Sequence record: ON529853.1 | Length of the DNA stretch: 64,000 bases | Reading direction: 5' to 3' (one strand) | Shown here: in pieces, positions 19,830 through 30,112 of the stretch | Layout of the letters: every line of letters starts with the position of its first letter | Position numbering within the stretch: the stretch's first letter is position 1 | The notes under the pieces: model-generated | Seen by the model: only the letters and a program-made list of their open reading frames with translations | Told to the model about the DNA's origin: nothing | The model's database searches: none | Made by a program: the position numbers and the translations under genes

Positions 19830-21617
19830 TTAGTCCAACTCCAGTTCGGACCAATCCCGCACTTCGACGAGGGGGATGGAGTCCCAGGACCGATAGGTCC
19901 AAAAATCATGCTTCATGTTGAGGTGATCGGTGTCGAAGCGGACCCCGATGTGGAACTCGGCGCTGTCCAGGGTCAGCACTTCCGGCGCGGTGTACGCGAC
20001 GCCCTCGAAGTCCGTGGAATAGACGGAGGGCGGGTCGATGGTCGGGATGCCGCCGAACGCTGCGACGTATTTGCGGCCGGGGTCGTAGACCTGATATTCG
20101 CCGCCCGATTCTGGCGTCCGGCGCGACACCAGGACCCCGGTCTCGGTGTTGATGCTCCACAGGCGATTGCCGAACGGCGTGCCGACGCCCCGCACCCAGC
20201 AGAGTTCGCCGTTCAGGACCGTCTGGCCGTTGGTCAGGGCGCGGAACGGCGTCAGCGACGGCGGCATGCGGCGGGTCCAGGCCCATTTCCCCTCTTCCGG
20301 CAGGAACAGGCCGCACCAGTAGTCGTAGCTGAACGAGGAGTTGTTGATCCCCTCCTCGCCGTTCCAGAAAATCAGAAGCCCTTCGGTCTTCTTATCGTAA
20401 TAGACCGCGTCGGGACGCGCCGTGCTCGCGCCCCACTCGACGGCGGTCCAGACCGTGCCGCCAAACCAGATCGACAGACCGCAGCCGTTCCCCGGCGAGG
20501 TGTCCGGCCGCTCATGAACGAAGGCGAAACCGTTGGTCTTGTAGGGGCAGGCGGCGATATACCGCGCGTTGATGGACAAGCCGCCGTACTGCCCCAGGCG
20601 CGCCACCCGTTGCAGGGTTTCGGTGGTATAGACGTCCACATACCCGAAGGTGTCGCCGTTCAGCAGATACTGCTCGTTCATGGATACGGCGCCGGGCGCG
20701 ATCGGCTCCTGGATCACGGGATTCCATACGGTTCCGGGCGCGCCCTGGGCGACGAACTGCATCGTACGTCCGTCGATTTTCGCGATGGTGTTCGCCATCG
20801 TCAGGTAGACCATACCGGCCGGACTGACGGCGACGATGTGGTTGAAGGGCGCCCCGCCTGGAATCTGCATCGTCAGATGCGTCGCCTGAGCGTCTTCCTT
20901 GGCGGTGGGAAGGTGGAAGCGCCGCAGGACGAAATAGCCCAGTCCCGTCCCAGCCCAACCTCGGGCAAAGGCGTGCCCGGACTCCGAGGCGTAGAACAGG
21001 ACCGGCCGCGTCACTGACCCGCTGCCGTAGCTGTTCCCGAGGAGCGCGCCCGGATCAAGCGGCGGCTGGAAGGTCACCCGCTGGTAGGGCGCCGTCGCCG
21101 CGTAACGGCCGCCCCACATCGGCGTGTTCAAGGACAGCTTGCCGGTGTTGTAGTCCAGCTTGTAGTGACGCGACGCCGAGATCGATTTCGTCAGGGTCGA
21201 ACCGTCGATCTGAACGCCTTTCTCGGAGTTCCACTCGACCTTCTCGATCCGACGCGTGGTGAGGAACGTCTGTCCCGTCGCCGACGTGTTCCGGTATTCC
21301 TTGTGAAGCGGGTAGGTGTGCGTGGCGTAGTCGCCCTGACCCAGGGTGACGTTTTCCAGGCGGTAGTCGTTGAAATCCTTGAACCGGAACCCGAAGGCGC
21401 GGCCGCGCCGGTTCATGAAGAAGGTCGTCAGGGCCTCCGCCTGATCCTGCGACTTGACGCCGTGACTGACGTCATATTCCGCACGCGTTTCAGGCCAGTG
21501 GTCGACCCGCGCCTCGAAACCGGAGTCCGCCTCCCAGACCGAAGTCTTGAACTTCGGTCCGCCCGACGATCCATAGGAGATGTCAGGCGGGAAGAGGACG
21601 TCGTGAAAATCGGACAT
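19830..21617 (-). CDS. DUF2460 paralogue with a ~370-aa insertion (595 aa)
   Basis: Same N-terminus (MSDFHDVLFPPDISYGSSGGPKFKT) and C-terminus (EFHIGVRFDTD) around an unrelated beta-rich insert. Confidence 0.85.
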   Translation of the reverse strand: MSDFHDVLFPPDISYGSSGGPKFKTSVWEADSGFEARVDHWPETRAEYDVSHGVKSQDQAEALTTFFMNRRGRAFGFRFKDFNDYRLENVTLGQGDYATHTYPLHKEYRNTSATGQTFLTTRRIEKVEWNSEKGVQIDGSTLTKSISASRHYKLDYNTGKLSLNTPMWGGRYAATAPYQRVTFQPPLDPGALLGNSYGSGSVTRPVLFYASESGHAFARGWAGTGLGYFVLRRFHLPTAKEDAQATHLTMQIPGGAPFNHIVAVSPAGMVYLTMANTIAKIDGRTMQFVAQGAPGTVWNPVIQEPIAPGAVSMNEQYLLNGDTFGYVDVYTTETLQRVARLGQYGGLSINARYIAACPYKTNGFAFVHERPDTSPGNGCGLSIWFGGTVWTAVEWGASTARPDAVYYDKKTEGLLIFWNGEEGINNSSFSYDYWCGLFLPEEGKWAWTRRMPPSLTPFRALTNGQTVLNGELCWVRGVGTPFGNRLWSINTETGVLVSRRTPESGGEYQVYDPGRKYVAAFGGIPTIDPPSVYSTDFEGVAYTAPEVLTLDSAEFHIGVRFDTDHLNMKHDFWTYRSWDSIPLVEVRDWSELELD

Positions 21618-21647
21618 GGTGGGGGTGCGGCTCGGGAGAGAACAGCC

Positions 21648-21681
21648 TTGATGCCACGTCAGGCCCCGTTCGTCAAGATTT
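21648..21681 (-). promoter_or_regulatory. Promoter AAATC-TTGACG-N17-CATCAA upstream of the tail-tip genes
   Basis: Shared motif in the intergenic gap; preceded by an 11-bp inverted repeat at about 21691-21713. Confidence 0.6.
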
Positions 21682-21719
21682 ACGGCAGTGGGCGCCGTGA
21701 TTCACGGCGCCCTTTACGC

Positions 21720-24700
21720 TTAACTCAGGTTGCGGGTCGAAGCGCGCTTGAGGTCCCGGTTCTGCTGGCGCTGGATCGAGCCCTGCGACTTGCGGAACGC
21801 GTCCGGGTTGGGCGCAATGACCGTGATGTTCGACGTCACGTTGGCGCCGCCGCCCGTCTGGACGTTGCCCATGTCGACAGGGACCGAGCGCCCGTTCGGC
21901 AGGGGAATGATGGCTTCATTCGGGTGAACGATCGCCGGCATGCCGCCGTTCGAGGTGTTGGCGGTGCCGACGTCGTAGTGCGGCGCCTTGCCCCAGTCCA
22001 TGCCGGCGTTGGTGACGTAGCCGCCGTCGGCGAACTGCTTCATCACGCCGGACGCCATTTCCATGTAGGTCCCCACCTTACCCCAGGTGCCGCCGGTCAG
22101 CATGTTGGCCCCGAAGTTGATCACATCCGCGATCGGGTTGGAATGAGCGGCGATCGCGGTGGCGTCGACCGTCACGCCGCGATGTTCGCCGATGACGCCC
22201 TTGACGGCCTCGGGGTCCTTCTCAGGCGTCTTCTTCTTCTTGAAAAGGTCCGCCAGGGTGCTGATCAGGGCAGCCCCCTGCATGAAGCCAGCGCCCCGTT
22301 CTTCCATGGTCCGACCCTTGCCGAACATTTCACCCACGAACGACAGCGGGCTGTCCGCCTTGCCGTTCTTGCCCCGGCCGAAGACGTTCGACATGGTCGG
22401 CATGGTGAACTTGCCGCCGCCGGCGAAGCCGGGCAGGCCGTCGACCAGGCCGCCGTTGGCGTAGGCCTTGCCGTTGTTGATCGCTTCCAGGAGGGCGCGG
22501 TTCTGCGACGTCGCGGCCGCGTTGATGACGAACTCGCCGTTGGACAGGCGGGCGTTGATGTCATCCGAGCGCGGGCCGCCGCGACCCGAGACATAGCCGC
22601 CGTCAGCATAGAGACCGGTCAGGTCAGGCGCGAACGACTTACCTTCGAAAGTGAAGCCTGAGGTGGCGTCGCCGCCGCCGAGGCCTGGGATCGAAGGCAT
22701 GCCTCCGCCGGAGCCGCCGGAGCCAGCGAGCGCGGCAGCCGCCTCCGTGAGCGCGACCGTCGCCTGGTTGAATTGCTCGATCGCCATTTGGAACTGGGCG
22801 ATCACCCCGTTGAACCCACCGGACACGCTCATCAGGGCGCCCGCAGCGGACTGCAAGGCCTGGCCGGAGGCATCTGCACCCGAGCCTGCCGACAGGGCGT
22901 CCGCCGCCAGAGCGACAGGACCGGGCGCCGGCGCCGTCGCCGCCGCGCCCGCCGTGTTGAAGCGCGAGGTGCGCTCCGAAGTCGGGGAGGCTTCGCCGCC
23001 GAACAGGTTCAGCGCCTTACGGAAGATGGACGTGGTGTCGCGGTTGCGGCCGACATTGTCAGGCGCGGCAGGCAGCGTGCTCTGCACCGTGGGGGCGGTC
23101 ATCAGGCGACCCAACGACGGCAGCGGCGACAGACTGACCGACGCCATCGGGTCCATGACTTCGCCGCCGAGCGACGGCGCCTTCAGGCCGAGCGTCGTCA
23201 TCGTGCGGTCCATCAGGCCCTGGACGTAATCCAGGGGTCCGGCCGGCGCAGGCGCCGCAGCGGCCGCCGCCGGGGACTTCAGTTGACCCGGTTGGATGGT
23301 GCCGTTGCGCACGCCGGCGGCGGTCGTCAGCGTGCTCTCGCTGGTCGACTTGAGGATGCGCGAGATCGCGCCGTCGGGGTCGAAGTAGGCCGCGATGGTC
23401 GTCAGGGCGTTCGCGGCGTCGGTCAAGGCCTTGACCTCGGCGTTGACCGCTTCCTGCTGGTTCTTCTGGGCGTCGAGCAGCGCTTGCTGGGCCGCCAGGT
23501 CCGACTGTGCGTCTGCCTTGGTCTTGTCGATCATCGCCACGGCGGCGTTATACTGAGCGGTGGCCGCCTCCAGCCCGGCTTGCGCCTCCGAGCCCGGCTT
23601 CTTGACGCCCATGACGCCAAGCAAGCCGCTGAGCGCGTCATCCACCGTCGCCTTCACGATCTGACGGCGGATGTTCTTGAACATCGCCTGCCAATCGACG
23701 TCTTCGCCCATCAATTCATCGGTGATGCCGTCGGAGAGGCCTTCCATGAAGGCGCCCTTGATGCTTTCCATGCGCTGGGCGAACGGCTCCAGGCCGTCGA
23801 CCCAGGCCGCGAAGCCGGGCGGGTTCTCGATGGTGTGGCGGGCTTCAGCCAGAGTCTTCGCCAGCTTAGCCATGACCGGCTCAGCCGCTTCAAGCTGCGC
23901 CAGGGTCGCGTTCGGCATGTTCGTCAGATCGCGCAGGATGTCGCGATAGGAGGCGCGGTATCCTCGCATCGTCTTATCCGTCGCAGAATCGATGCCGTCG
24001 CTCAGACCAACGATGATCGAGCGCAGGGTCTCGGCCTGATCCGACATGGCCTGAACGTCGGCCGTGCGGGACAGGGCCGTCATCAGGGCCGGGTTGGCCT
24101 CGACCTGGGCGCGCTTCTGATCGAAGGTGCCGCCCTGAACCGACTGGTTGATCAGGTCGTTCAGATAGGTGTCGCGGTTGGACACGGCGCCGCTGACCTT
24201 GCCTACGCGCATCTGCGCTTCGTTCAAGGTGTCCATCAGGCGCACCTGGGCTTCCAGAGCCTTGGTGCGGTCCCGTTCCATTTCCCATTGCTGGCGGGCC
24301 GTGTTCAGGCTCTCGACCTGGATGTCCTTGCCGGTCAAGCGCAGGCCGTTGACGTGTTCCGCCCACTTGGCCTCGTCCTGCATCAACTCGATCGGGTAGC
24401 CTTGCTCCTTCAGTTCGTTGATGCGGTCCTGCCACTCGGCCTCCTTGCCCATGCCGCGCAGCGTCATGAGGGTCAGGTCGTTGGTTTCGCGCGCCAGCCG
24501 GTTCGCCTTGGCGACCGGGTTCATGGCGTCTTGCAGTTGCTTGGCCTGACGAGCGATGGCGTCGGCGATCTGGTCGCGGATCGGCGACGTGACCAGGGCG
24601 GCGTCTGGTCCGTTTTCCTTACGCAGGTCTTCATCGGCCTTGGCGATGTCGTTCAGCTTCTCCAACATGGCGTCGAAGGTCGCGTTCGCCTGAGACGCCG

Positions 24701-27700
24701 GGTCCGGCAAGGCGAGGATGGATTGCATCGCCTTCCAGGTGTTGAGGTGCTTGTTCTGCGCCTTCTCAATGTCGTCGGACGCCGCTGCGGCCACGCCCGT
24801 GACATCAGACGTATCGAACCCTTGGCCGCGTTGACCGACCTTGCCCTGGCCCCAGTTGTAGAGGTCCTGGAGCGTCGCGGTGCCGTTCTTGAAGACCGGA
24901 TTCTTGTTGTATTGGTCCTGGTTTCCGACGCGGGCTTGGGCCACGGTCTGCGTGGGGTCCTCAGCATACTTCGTCAGCATGTTCTTGGCGCCAGACGTGC
25001 CGAGGAAGTGGGCCAGATACTGCTCGCCGGCGTTGGCGTCGCGCTTCAGGACGTCGCGCAGCGCCGCCTGATTTTCCGCCATATAACGCGCGGTGGCTTC
25101 CATGTTCAGGTTAGCGTCGCGGCGGGGATCGGCGGCGCCCATCGTGCGGCTGGTCACTTGCGGACCATCCTTCATGACGCGGTTCCACGTCCCGAGGGTG
25201 AACTGGCCGAGGCCGACGGCGTCGCCGCCCGTGCCCGCGATGTTCTTGTCCCAAGAACTCTCAGCCTGGATCAGGCGCGCCATGACCGCCGGGTCGACGC
25301 CGTTCTTAGTTGCCGATGCGTTCATCGCCGCGCGATACTGCGTGGGCACGTTCACGCCGCCCAGGGAGGCGCGTTGCGCCGCGTATTCCTGGGTTTTGGC
25401 GACGGTTTGCGAGGCGGTGAAGGCGGCGTAATCGCGGTTCCAGGCCGCACGCGTCTCTTGATTCAGCGGCGTCGAGGACTGCGGCGCGATCATGTTGGTC
25501 GCCAGGCCCAGAGCCGGGTTCAGAGCACCCGCGACGCGAAGGCCTCCACGCACCAGCGGGTTCTGCAACAGGGCGTTGGCCGAACCCGGTCGAGCGGGCG
25601 CGGGCACACCAGGCGCCTGGGTGCGAGTGCCGAAAGTCGGCGCCAGGGCGTTCGGTCCGGCCGCCTGGTAGTGATCGAAGATCGCCTTGGCGAGGTCTTC
25701 TTGCGAACCCGCCGTCAGGCGCTTGCCGCCGATAACCTGCGTATAGGTTTGGCGCGAGCCGGCGGCGGCCGCCGTCGGTGCTGCGGCCGGGGCCGTCGAA
25801 GCCGTTGCGGCGCGCGCCGTTTCAATGTTGCGGGCGGTGCGTTGTTCAGCCGTCAGCGACGGGTTGGCCTTGTCGAAAGAGCCGTCCGCCAGGGCGTTGA
25901 TGCGCTCCATGACCGAGTTCACGGTCGGGACCTTGAAGTTGTCCTTAAGCTTGTTGGCGGCTTCCAGTTGCATGTTGGCCGCGCGCAGTTGGTCGTCCGC
26001 CGCCTTCTGGGCCTGAAGTTGGCGCGTGGCTTCGCGCAGGCGCTCCTCAGCCGCCTCATTGCCGCGCTCGCTTTCGCGGCGCTTGTTCGCAGCGGTCAGG
26101 GTCGCGGTGATGCCGTCCGTCATCCGCTTCTGGATCGAATCCGGACCGTTGTCCGCCCAGTCCTTGGACATGGCGCCCATTTCGGCCTTGGCGCCGGCGA
26201 CGTCGCCCGTGGCGACCTTGTAGGCCGCCACGCCCAGGTGGACGAGCACGCCGATGGTGTCGCCGAGGACTTCTCCCAGATAGGAGAGCAGAACGGTCGT
26301 GGTCTGGAACGCCATGCCCATGGCGTCCAGGGATTCTTGCGGCCCCTTCGTGCCCAGCATCCGGCCGAACAGGTCCTGGAACCAGGTGCCGATCTTATCG
26401 CTGACGCCCGACAACCAGCCCATCATGATGTCGCCGAACTTGACGGTGTTGTTGCCCAGCTTGGTCGTCTTGTCCGACAGGATCGTCAGGGCGGCACCCA
26501 CGCCGACGGCGGCGATGCCGAGCGCGCCGAACGTGACGCCCAGAGCCATCGCCCCCGACTTGAGCGCGCCCATGGCGACCGAAGGCGCGGCGCGGGCGGC
26601 GGTCATCGCGCCGGCGCCCAGGGTGGACATGAGCGGCGTGCGCGCGGTCTGGGTCGCCAGACCGGCGTTGCGCATCGACAGCACTTCAGCGGTCGCGCCC
26701 ATAGGACGCTGGATGTTGGAGAAACGGGCGCGGCGGCCGAAGCCGCTCATCGGCGGTACAGGGGGAGCCGCGTTCATCTGCGCCAGGCGACCCGCACCCG
26801 GTGCGTGGCCGCGCGCGTTGCGCCAGTTCTGGATGTCGACCATGGTGGCGCCGCTCAGGGCCGCGTCGGCGGCGAGTGCGGGTCCGTTGACCTTGATCCG
26901 GCCGCGCGCAGCCGGAATCAGGTCCCCGGCGATGTCGGAACCCTCGACCGCCTTCTTGGCGATCGCAAGACCGGTGATCGCCTTGGTCAGTTGCGTGATC
27001 GAGCCCACCGCCGTCATGGCGGACTGGCCCCAGGACAGGAAGGTCTTGGCGACGAACATGGTCGCCAGCGCCTTGCCGGCGAACAGGACCTTGTCGAAGT
27101 TCTCGGCCAGCCAGGCTGCGGCGTCGGCCGCCTTGCGAACCATCGCCGCCAGGTTCTGACCCAGTTGCTGGGCGAGGGCCTGGAACTTCGGCTTCAGTTT
27201 GAAGATGCCGTTCTCGGTGGTGCCGAACATCTCGGCCAGACGGCTGAACTGGACGCCGAGTTCAGCAATGAAGCCGGACTTGCCGATCTCTTGCTGGAAG
27301 ACCGTGAAGGCCGTCTTCAGTCGGTTCAGTGCAACGTCGGGACGATCTTTGACCAGTCCCATCAGGCCGCCGAACATGGTGTTCAGTTCTTCAGCCCAAA
27401 GCTTAGTGAACTCGGGCGACATGATCTTGCCCAGGCTCATTTCCTTGAAGAACTGAGCAGTCGACACTGCTTCACCCTTCATGCGCTGCAACGCGCGTCG
27501 ACCTGCTTCAGCGTTACCGGGGATTTGCTCGCCGATCTGGCGCGAAAACTCTTCGGAGGAGACTTTTCCTTTTTGAATCATCTGCGTAAGCCCGTACATG
27601 GCATACCCAGTTTGCTCAGCGGAGGCGCCGACAACTTGCAGAGTTTGAGTGACCGAGCGGAAGATCGCGGACGATTCCTTGGCGCTCATGCCCGCCGCAC

Positions 27701-29018
27701 CCGACGAGATCGTGAAGCGGCCGAACGGCTCGGCGACCTGGTTCAGCGCCAGGCCCATGTCGAAGACGGTGCCGATGAACTCCTGCGTCGCCTGCTTGGA
27801 GCCTTCCGCCGACTTGGTGGAGAAGAGCATCGCCTTCTCCAGCTTCTGGAGTTCGATGCTGGCGTCGTAGACGCCCTTGATCATCCCGCCGATGGTGAAG
27901 GCGCCGAAGGCGTGGGTGAACAGGGTGGAGGCCTGGTAGGCGAGGTCGAACCGGTGGTTCAGGCCGCGCAGGCGCTCTCCCAGGGTGTAGGAGGATTTGC
28001 CGGCCTTCTCGGCCTGGGCCGAATAGGCGTCGAGCGAGCCGCCGGCCTTGCCGGCGCCCGAGGCGGTGCTGTTCAGTCCCGGACCATGGTCTCCGCCGCC
28101 GCCGCCCGCAGCCGCACCGGCCCCGCGACGCCGTCCGCCGCCGCCCAGGTTGAACCGACCGCCAGGCATGGCGGACAACGCCGACGCCGCGCGCGTCGCG
28201 GACGCCGCGATCAGGTCGAGGTCGTGCGCCACCGCGCGTGCGTTGGGGATGGGCTTGGCCGAGGCCAGCACCCGGAACATCTTGTCGAGACGGTCGATCG
28301 AGCCCTTGCCCGGCGCCTTGAAGCCTTCCATGGCGCGACCGAACTCCATCAGGGAGCGGGCGGTGGCGGGATCGAACTTCAGGCGCTGCGAGCGCGCGGC
28401 GACCTCAATGAAGTCGACCCAGGACTTCAGCTTGGACTGGCTGATGGCGCGGGTCTTGGCCGCGTTGTCCATCGCCTGGGCGAACATGTTGAAGCCCACC
28501 ATAGCAGCGGCGCCGCCGCCGCGCAGTTGCGCAGCGCGGGCGCCGACTTCGATGAACTTGACCCAGGAGGCCAGCTTGGAAGAGGAGATGTCGCGGGTCT
28601 TGGCGGCGCGATCCATCACGCCGATGAAGGAGTTCATGGCGGCGACCGCGCCGCCGTCCATCTTCAGGCGCGAGGTCTGGGCGCCGATCTGGATGAACTT
28701 GGACCAGGAATCGATCTTGGTCTTTTCGATTTCCTTGGTGCGCGCCACAGCGTTCATCACGCGCGCGAACTCGGCGACGGCCTTGGTGCCGTCGGAGTTG
28801 ATCTTGATCTTGTTGATCGCCGCAGCGACCTGGGCGAACCGCTCCATGTTCGCCATGGAGCCCTTGATCGCCCGGTCGGCGCCGGCCATGCCTTGCGACA
28901 GGCCGGTCGCCATCCGGTTTGCAGCCGCTCCCGTTTCGTCGAGCGCACGCGCCAGGGCGTGCAGGTCGGCCTGAGCCGAACCCGAATCGATTTTTACGTT
29001 AAGCGGTTGAGTATCCAT
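21720..29018 (-). CDS. Tape measure protein (2432 aa) with an internal lytic-transglycosylase-like domain
   Basis: Ala-rich helical protein; LTQMIQKGKVSSEEFSRQIGEQIPG tape-measure motif; LIQAESSW...GLGQFT SLT motif; follows the tail chaperones. Confidence 0.92.
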   Translation of the reverse strand: MDTQPLNVKIDSGSAQADLHALARALDETGAAANRMATGLSQGMAGADRAIKGSMANMERFAQVAAAINKIKINSDGTKAVAEFARVMNAVARTKEIEKTKIDSWSKFIQIGAQTSRLKMDGGAVAAMNSFIGVMDRAAKTRDISSSKLASWVKFIEVGARAAQLRGGGAAAMVGFNMFAQAMDNAAKTRAISQSKLKSWVDFIEVAARSQRLKFDPATARSLMEFGRAMEGFKAPGKGSIDRLDKMFRVLASAKPIPNARAVAHDLDLIAASATRAASALSAMPGGRFNLGGGGRRRGAGAAAGGGGGDHGPGLNSTASGAGKAGGSLDAYSAQAEKAGKSSYTLGERLRGLNHRFDLAYQASTLFTHAFGAFTIGGMIKGVYDASIELQKLEKAMLFSTKSAEGSKQATQEFIGTVFDMGLALNQVAEPFGRFTISSGAAGMSAKESSAIFRSVTQTLQVVGASAEQTGYAMYGLTQMIQKGKVSSEEFSRQIGEQIPGNAEAGRRALQRMKGEAVSTAQFFKEMSLGKIMSPEFTKLWAEELNTMFGGLMGLVKDRPDVALNRLKTAFTVFQQEIGKSGFIAELGVQFSRLAEMFGTTENGIFKLKPKFQALAQQLGQNLAAMVRKAADAAAWLAENFDKVLFAGKALATMFVAKTFLSWGQSAMTAVGSITQLTKAITGLAIAKKAVEGSDIAGDLIPAARGRIKVNGPALAADAALSGATMVDIQNWRNARGHAPGAGRLAQMNAAPPVPPMSGFGRRARFSNIQRPMGATAEVLSMRNAGLATQTARTPLMSTLGAGAMTAARAAPSVAMGALKSGAMALGVTFGALGIAAVGVGAALTILSDKTTKLGNNTVKFGDIMMGWLSGVSDKIGTWFQDLFGRMLGTKGPQESLDAMGMAFQTTTVLLSYLGEVLGDTIGVLVHLGVAAYKVATGDVAGAKAEMGAMSKDWADNGPDSIQKRMTDGITATLTAANKRRESERGNEAAEERLREATRQLQAQKAADDQLRAANMQLEAANKLKDNFKVPTVNSVMERINALADGSFDKANPSLTAEQRTARNIETARAATASTAPAAAPTAAAAGSRQTYTQVIGGKRLTAGSQEDLAKAIFDHYQAAGPNALAPTFGTRTQAPGVPAPARPGSANALLQNPLVRGGLRVAGALNPALGLATNMIAPQSSTPLNQETRAAWNRDYAAFTASQTVAKTQEYAAQRASLGGVNVPTQYRAAMNASATKNGVDPAVMARLIQAESSWDKNIAGTGGDAVGLGQFTLGTWNRVMKDGPQVTSRTMGAADPRRDANLNMEATARYMAENQAALRDVLKRDANAGEQYLAHFLGTSGAKNMLTKYAEDPTQTVAQARVGNQDQYNKNPVFKNGTATLQDLYNWGQGKVGQRGQGFDTSDVTGVAAAASDDIEKAQNKHLNTWKAMQSILALPDPASQANATFDAMLEKLNDIAKADEDLRKENGPDAALVTSPIRDQIADAIARQAKQLQDAMNPVAKANRLARETNDLTLMTLRGMGKEAEWQDRINELKEQGYPIELMQDEAKWAEHVNGLRLTGKDIQVESLNTARQQWEMERDRTKALEAQVRLMDTLNEAQMRVGKVSGAVSNRDTYLNDLINQSVQGGTFDQKRAQVEANPALMTALSRTADVQAMSDQAETLRSIIVGLSDGIDSATDKTMRGYRASYRDILRDLTNMPNATLAQLEAAEPVMAKLAKTLAEARHTIENPPGFAAWVDGLEPFAQRMESIKGAFMEGLSDGITDELMGEDVDWQAMFKNIRRQIVKATVDDALSGLLGVMGVKKPGSEAQAGLEAATAQYNAAVAMIDKTKADAQSDLAAQQALLDAQKNQQEAVNAEVKALTDAANALTTIAAYFDPDGAISRILKSTSESTLTTAAGVRNGTIQPGQLKSPAAAAAAPAPAGPLDYVQGLMDRTMTTLGLKAPSLGGEVMDPMASVSLSPLPSLGRLMTAPTVQSTLPAAPDNVGRNRDTTSIFRKALNLFGGEASPTSERTSRFNTAGAAATAPAPGPVALAADALSAGSGADASGQALQSAAGALMSVSGGFNGVIAQFQMAIEQFNQATVALTEAAAALAGSGGSGGGMPSIPGLGGGDATSGFTFEGKSFAPDLTGLYADGGYVSGRGGPRSDDINARLSNGEFVINAAATSQNRALLEAINNGKAYANGGLVDGLPGFAGGGKFTMPTMSNVFGRGKNGKADSPLSFVGEMFGKGRTMEERGAGFMQGAALISTLADLFKKKKTPEKDPEAVKGVIGEHRGVTVDATAIAAHSNPIADVINFGANMLTGGTWGKVGTYMEMASGVMKQFADGGYVTNAGMDWGKAPHYDVGTANTSNGGMPAIVHPNEAIIPLPNGRSVPVDMGNVQTGGGANVTSNITVIAPNPDAFRKSQGSIQRQQNRDLKRASTRNLS

Positions 29019-29039
29019 TGGCCCTAAGGGGGATCACCC

Positions 29040-29462
29040 CTAGTGAGGGTTACCCAAAGCGTTGGTGCGCTGTTTAGAAGGAGGGGGCTTGTTGCCGTGT
29101 TTCTGCGCTTCCTTTTCTTGGGAATCCTTGACGAAGCCCATATACTTCTCGTCGAGACGTTCGACGTAGAAGAGGAAATCTTGAGACTGCTCGTAGCTGA
29201 ACCGCCGCAGACGGCAGTAGGCTTCGACTTCAGTGATCGGGATGCGCTGTGGGCCGGAGAAGCCAATGGGACGCACGTTCGAGAGCCGCCAGAAGCCGTC
29301 CATTGCCCAGCGAAGGTCGTCGTAGACCGGAACCGGGGGAGGACCCTCGGGCTCAAGGGGAGGGAGCCCCTTGAGCGCGCGAGCCTCGTTTTTGAACGCC
29401 AGGGCCTTGAGGTCCTGGGGGGTGGACTTCAGCGTGCTTTCGAGCGCGCTTAGGAGTTTCCC
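29040..29462 (-). CDS. Tail assembly chaperone GT extension, reached by a -1 frameshift
   Basis: The -1 frame is open from the slippery G-GGA-AAC (29462-29456) through GKLLSALESTLK...LRWAMDGFWRLSNVRPIGF to the stop at 29040. Confidence 0.8.
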   Translation of the reverse strand, partial: GKLLSALESTLKSTPQDLKALAFKNEARALKGLPPLEPEGPPPVPVYDDLRWAMDGFWRLSNVRPIGFSGPQRIPITEVEAYCRLRRFSYEQSQDFLFYVERLDEKYMGFVKDSQEKEAQKHGNKPPPSKQRTNALGNPH

Positions 29463-29866
29463 ACCCCGCCCTCGCGGGCCTCGTCCTTGAAGTTCTGCGC
29501 TTCGAGCGAGAACTGGATGACGAAGTTCGCCATCTTGGGCAGGGCCTTCAGGATGGCGTAGGCTTCGTCGGCGGTGTACGGAACGATGTCGCCAGCGGCG
29601 TTTTTCACGTTCTTCCAGTCGGCGATGACAGCGCCGGCCAGGACCCGCAGGCCGATTTCTTCGTTCTTGTCTTCGGGAATCTTGGAGCCGACGCGCACCA
29701 GTTGCGCGTAGGGCTTCATCAGGTCGTCGCGCAGGTCCGAAACGACCTTGGCGCCGAAGGCCCGAATCTTGAAGGCGGTGCCGGAGCCGAGTTCGACCCA
29801 GCGGCCGTGCTCTTCGCTTTCCTTGTTGGAGGCGAAGATGTCGAAGAGGTTCAGAGCGTCGCTCAT
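29450..29866 (-). CDS. Tail assembly chaperone G (138 aa)
   Basis: MSDALNLFDIFASNKESEEHGRWVELG; SD AAGGA; lies between the major tail and tape measure genes; ends GTG GGA AAC TCC TAA. Confidence 0.85.
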   Translation of the reverse strand: MSDALNLFDIFASNKESEEHGRWVELGSGTAFKIRAFGAKVVSDLRDDLMKPYAQLVRVGSKIPEDKNEEIGLRVLAGAVIADWKNVKNAAGDIVPYTADEAYAILKALPKMANFVIQFSLEAQNFKDEAREGGVGNS

Positions 29867-30112
29867 GAGGTTTTCCTTAAAGTCAGGGAGAGGAAAAAGA
29901 GGGGGGGCGCGTCCCTGGGGTACAGCGGGCAGCCGGGACGCGAAGCTGGCCGTGATCTTGTTCGAGCACCCTCGGGGAAGGGTGGGCGGTGCTGGCCCCG
30001 ACTCCTGCACCGCCCTGCTCACGCGTGAGACTTTCGATGCCCGAAGGCGATCTCTGGTCTGTCGGGGAAAGAGGGGAGAGTCACGTTAGACCGGCTAACG
30101 TGACTCCAAAGT

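Noticed and set aside
22773-29027. 2084-aa plus-strand ORF
   Set aside because: Shadow of the tape measure gene.
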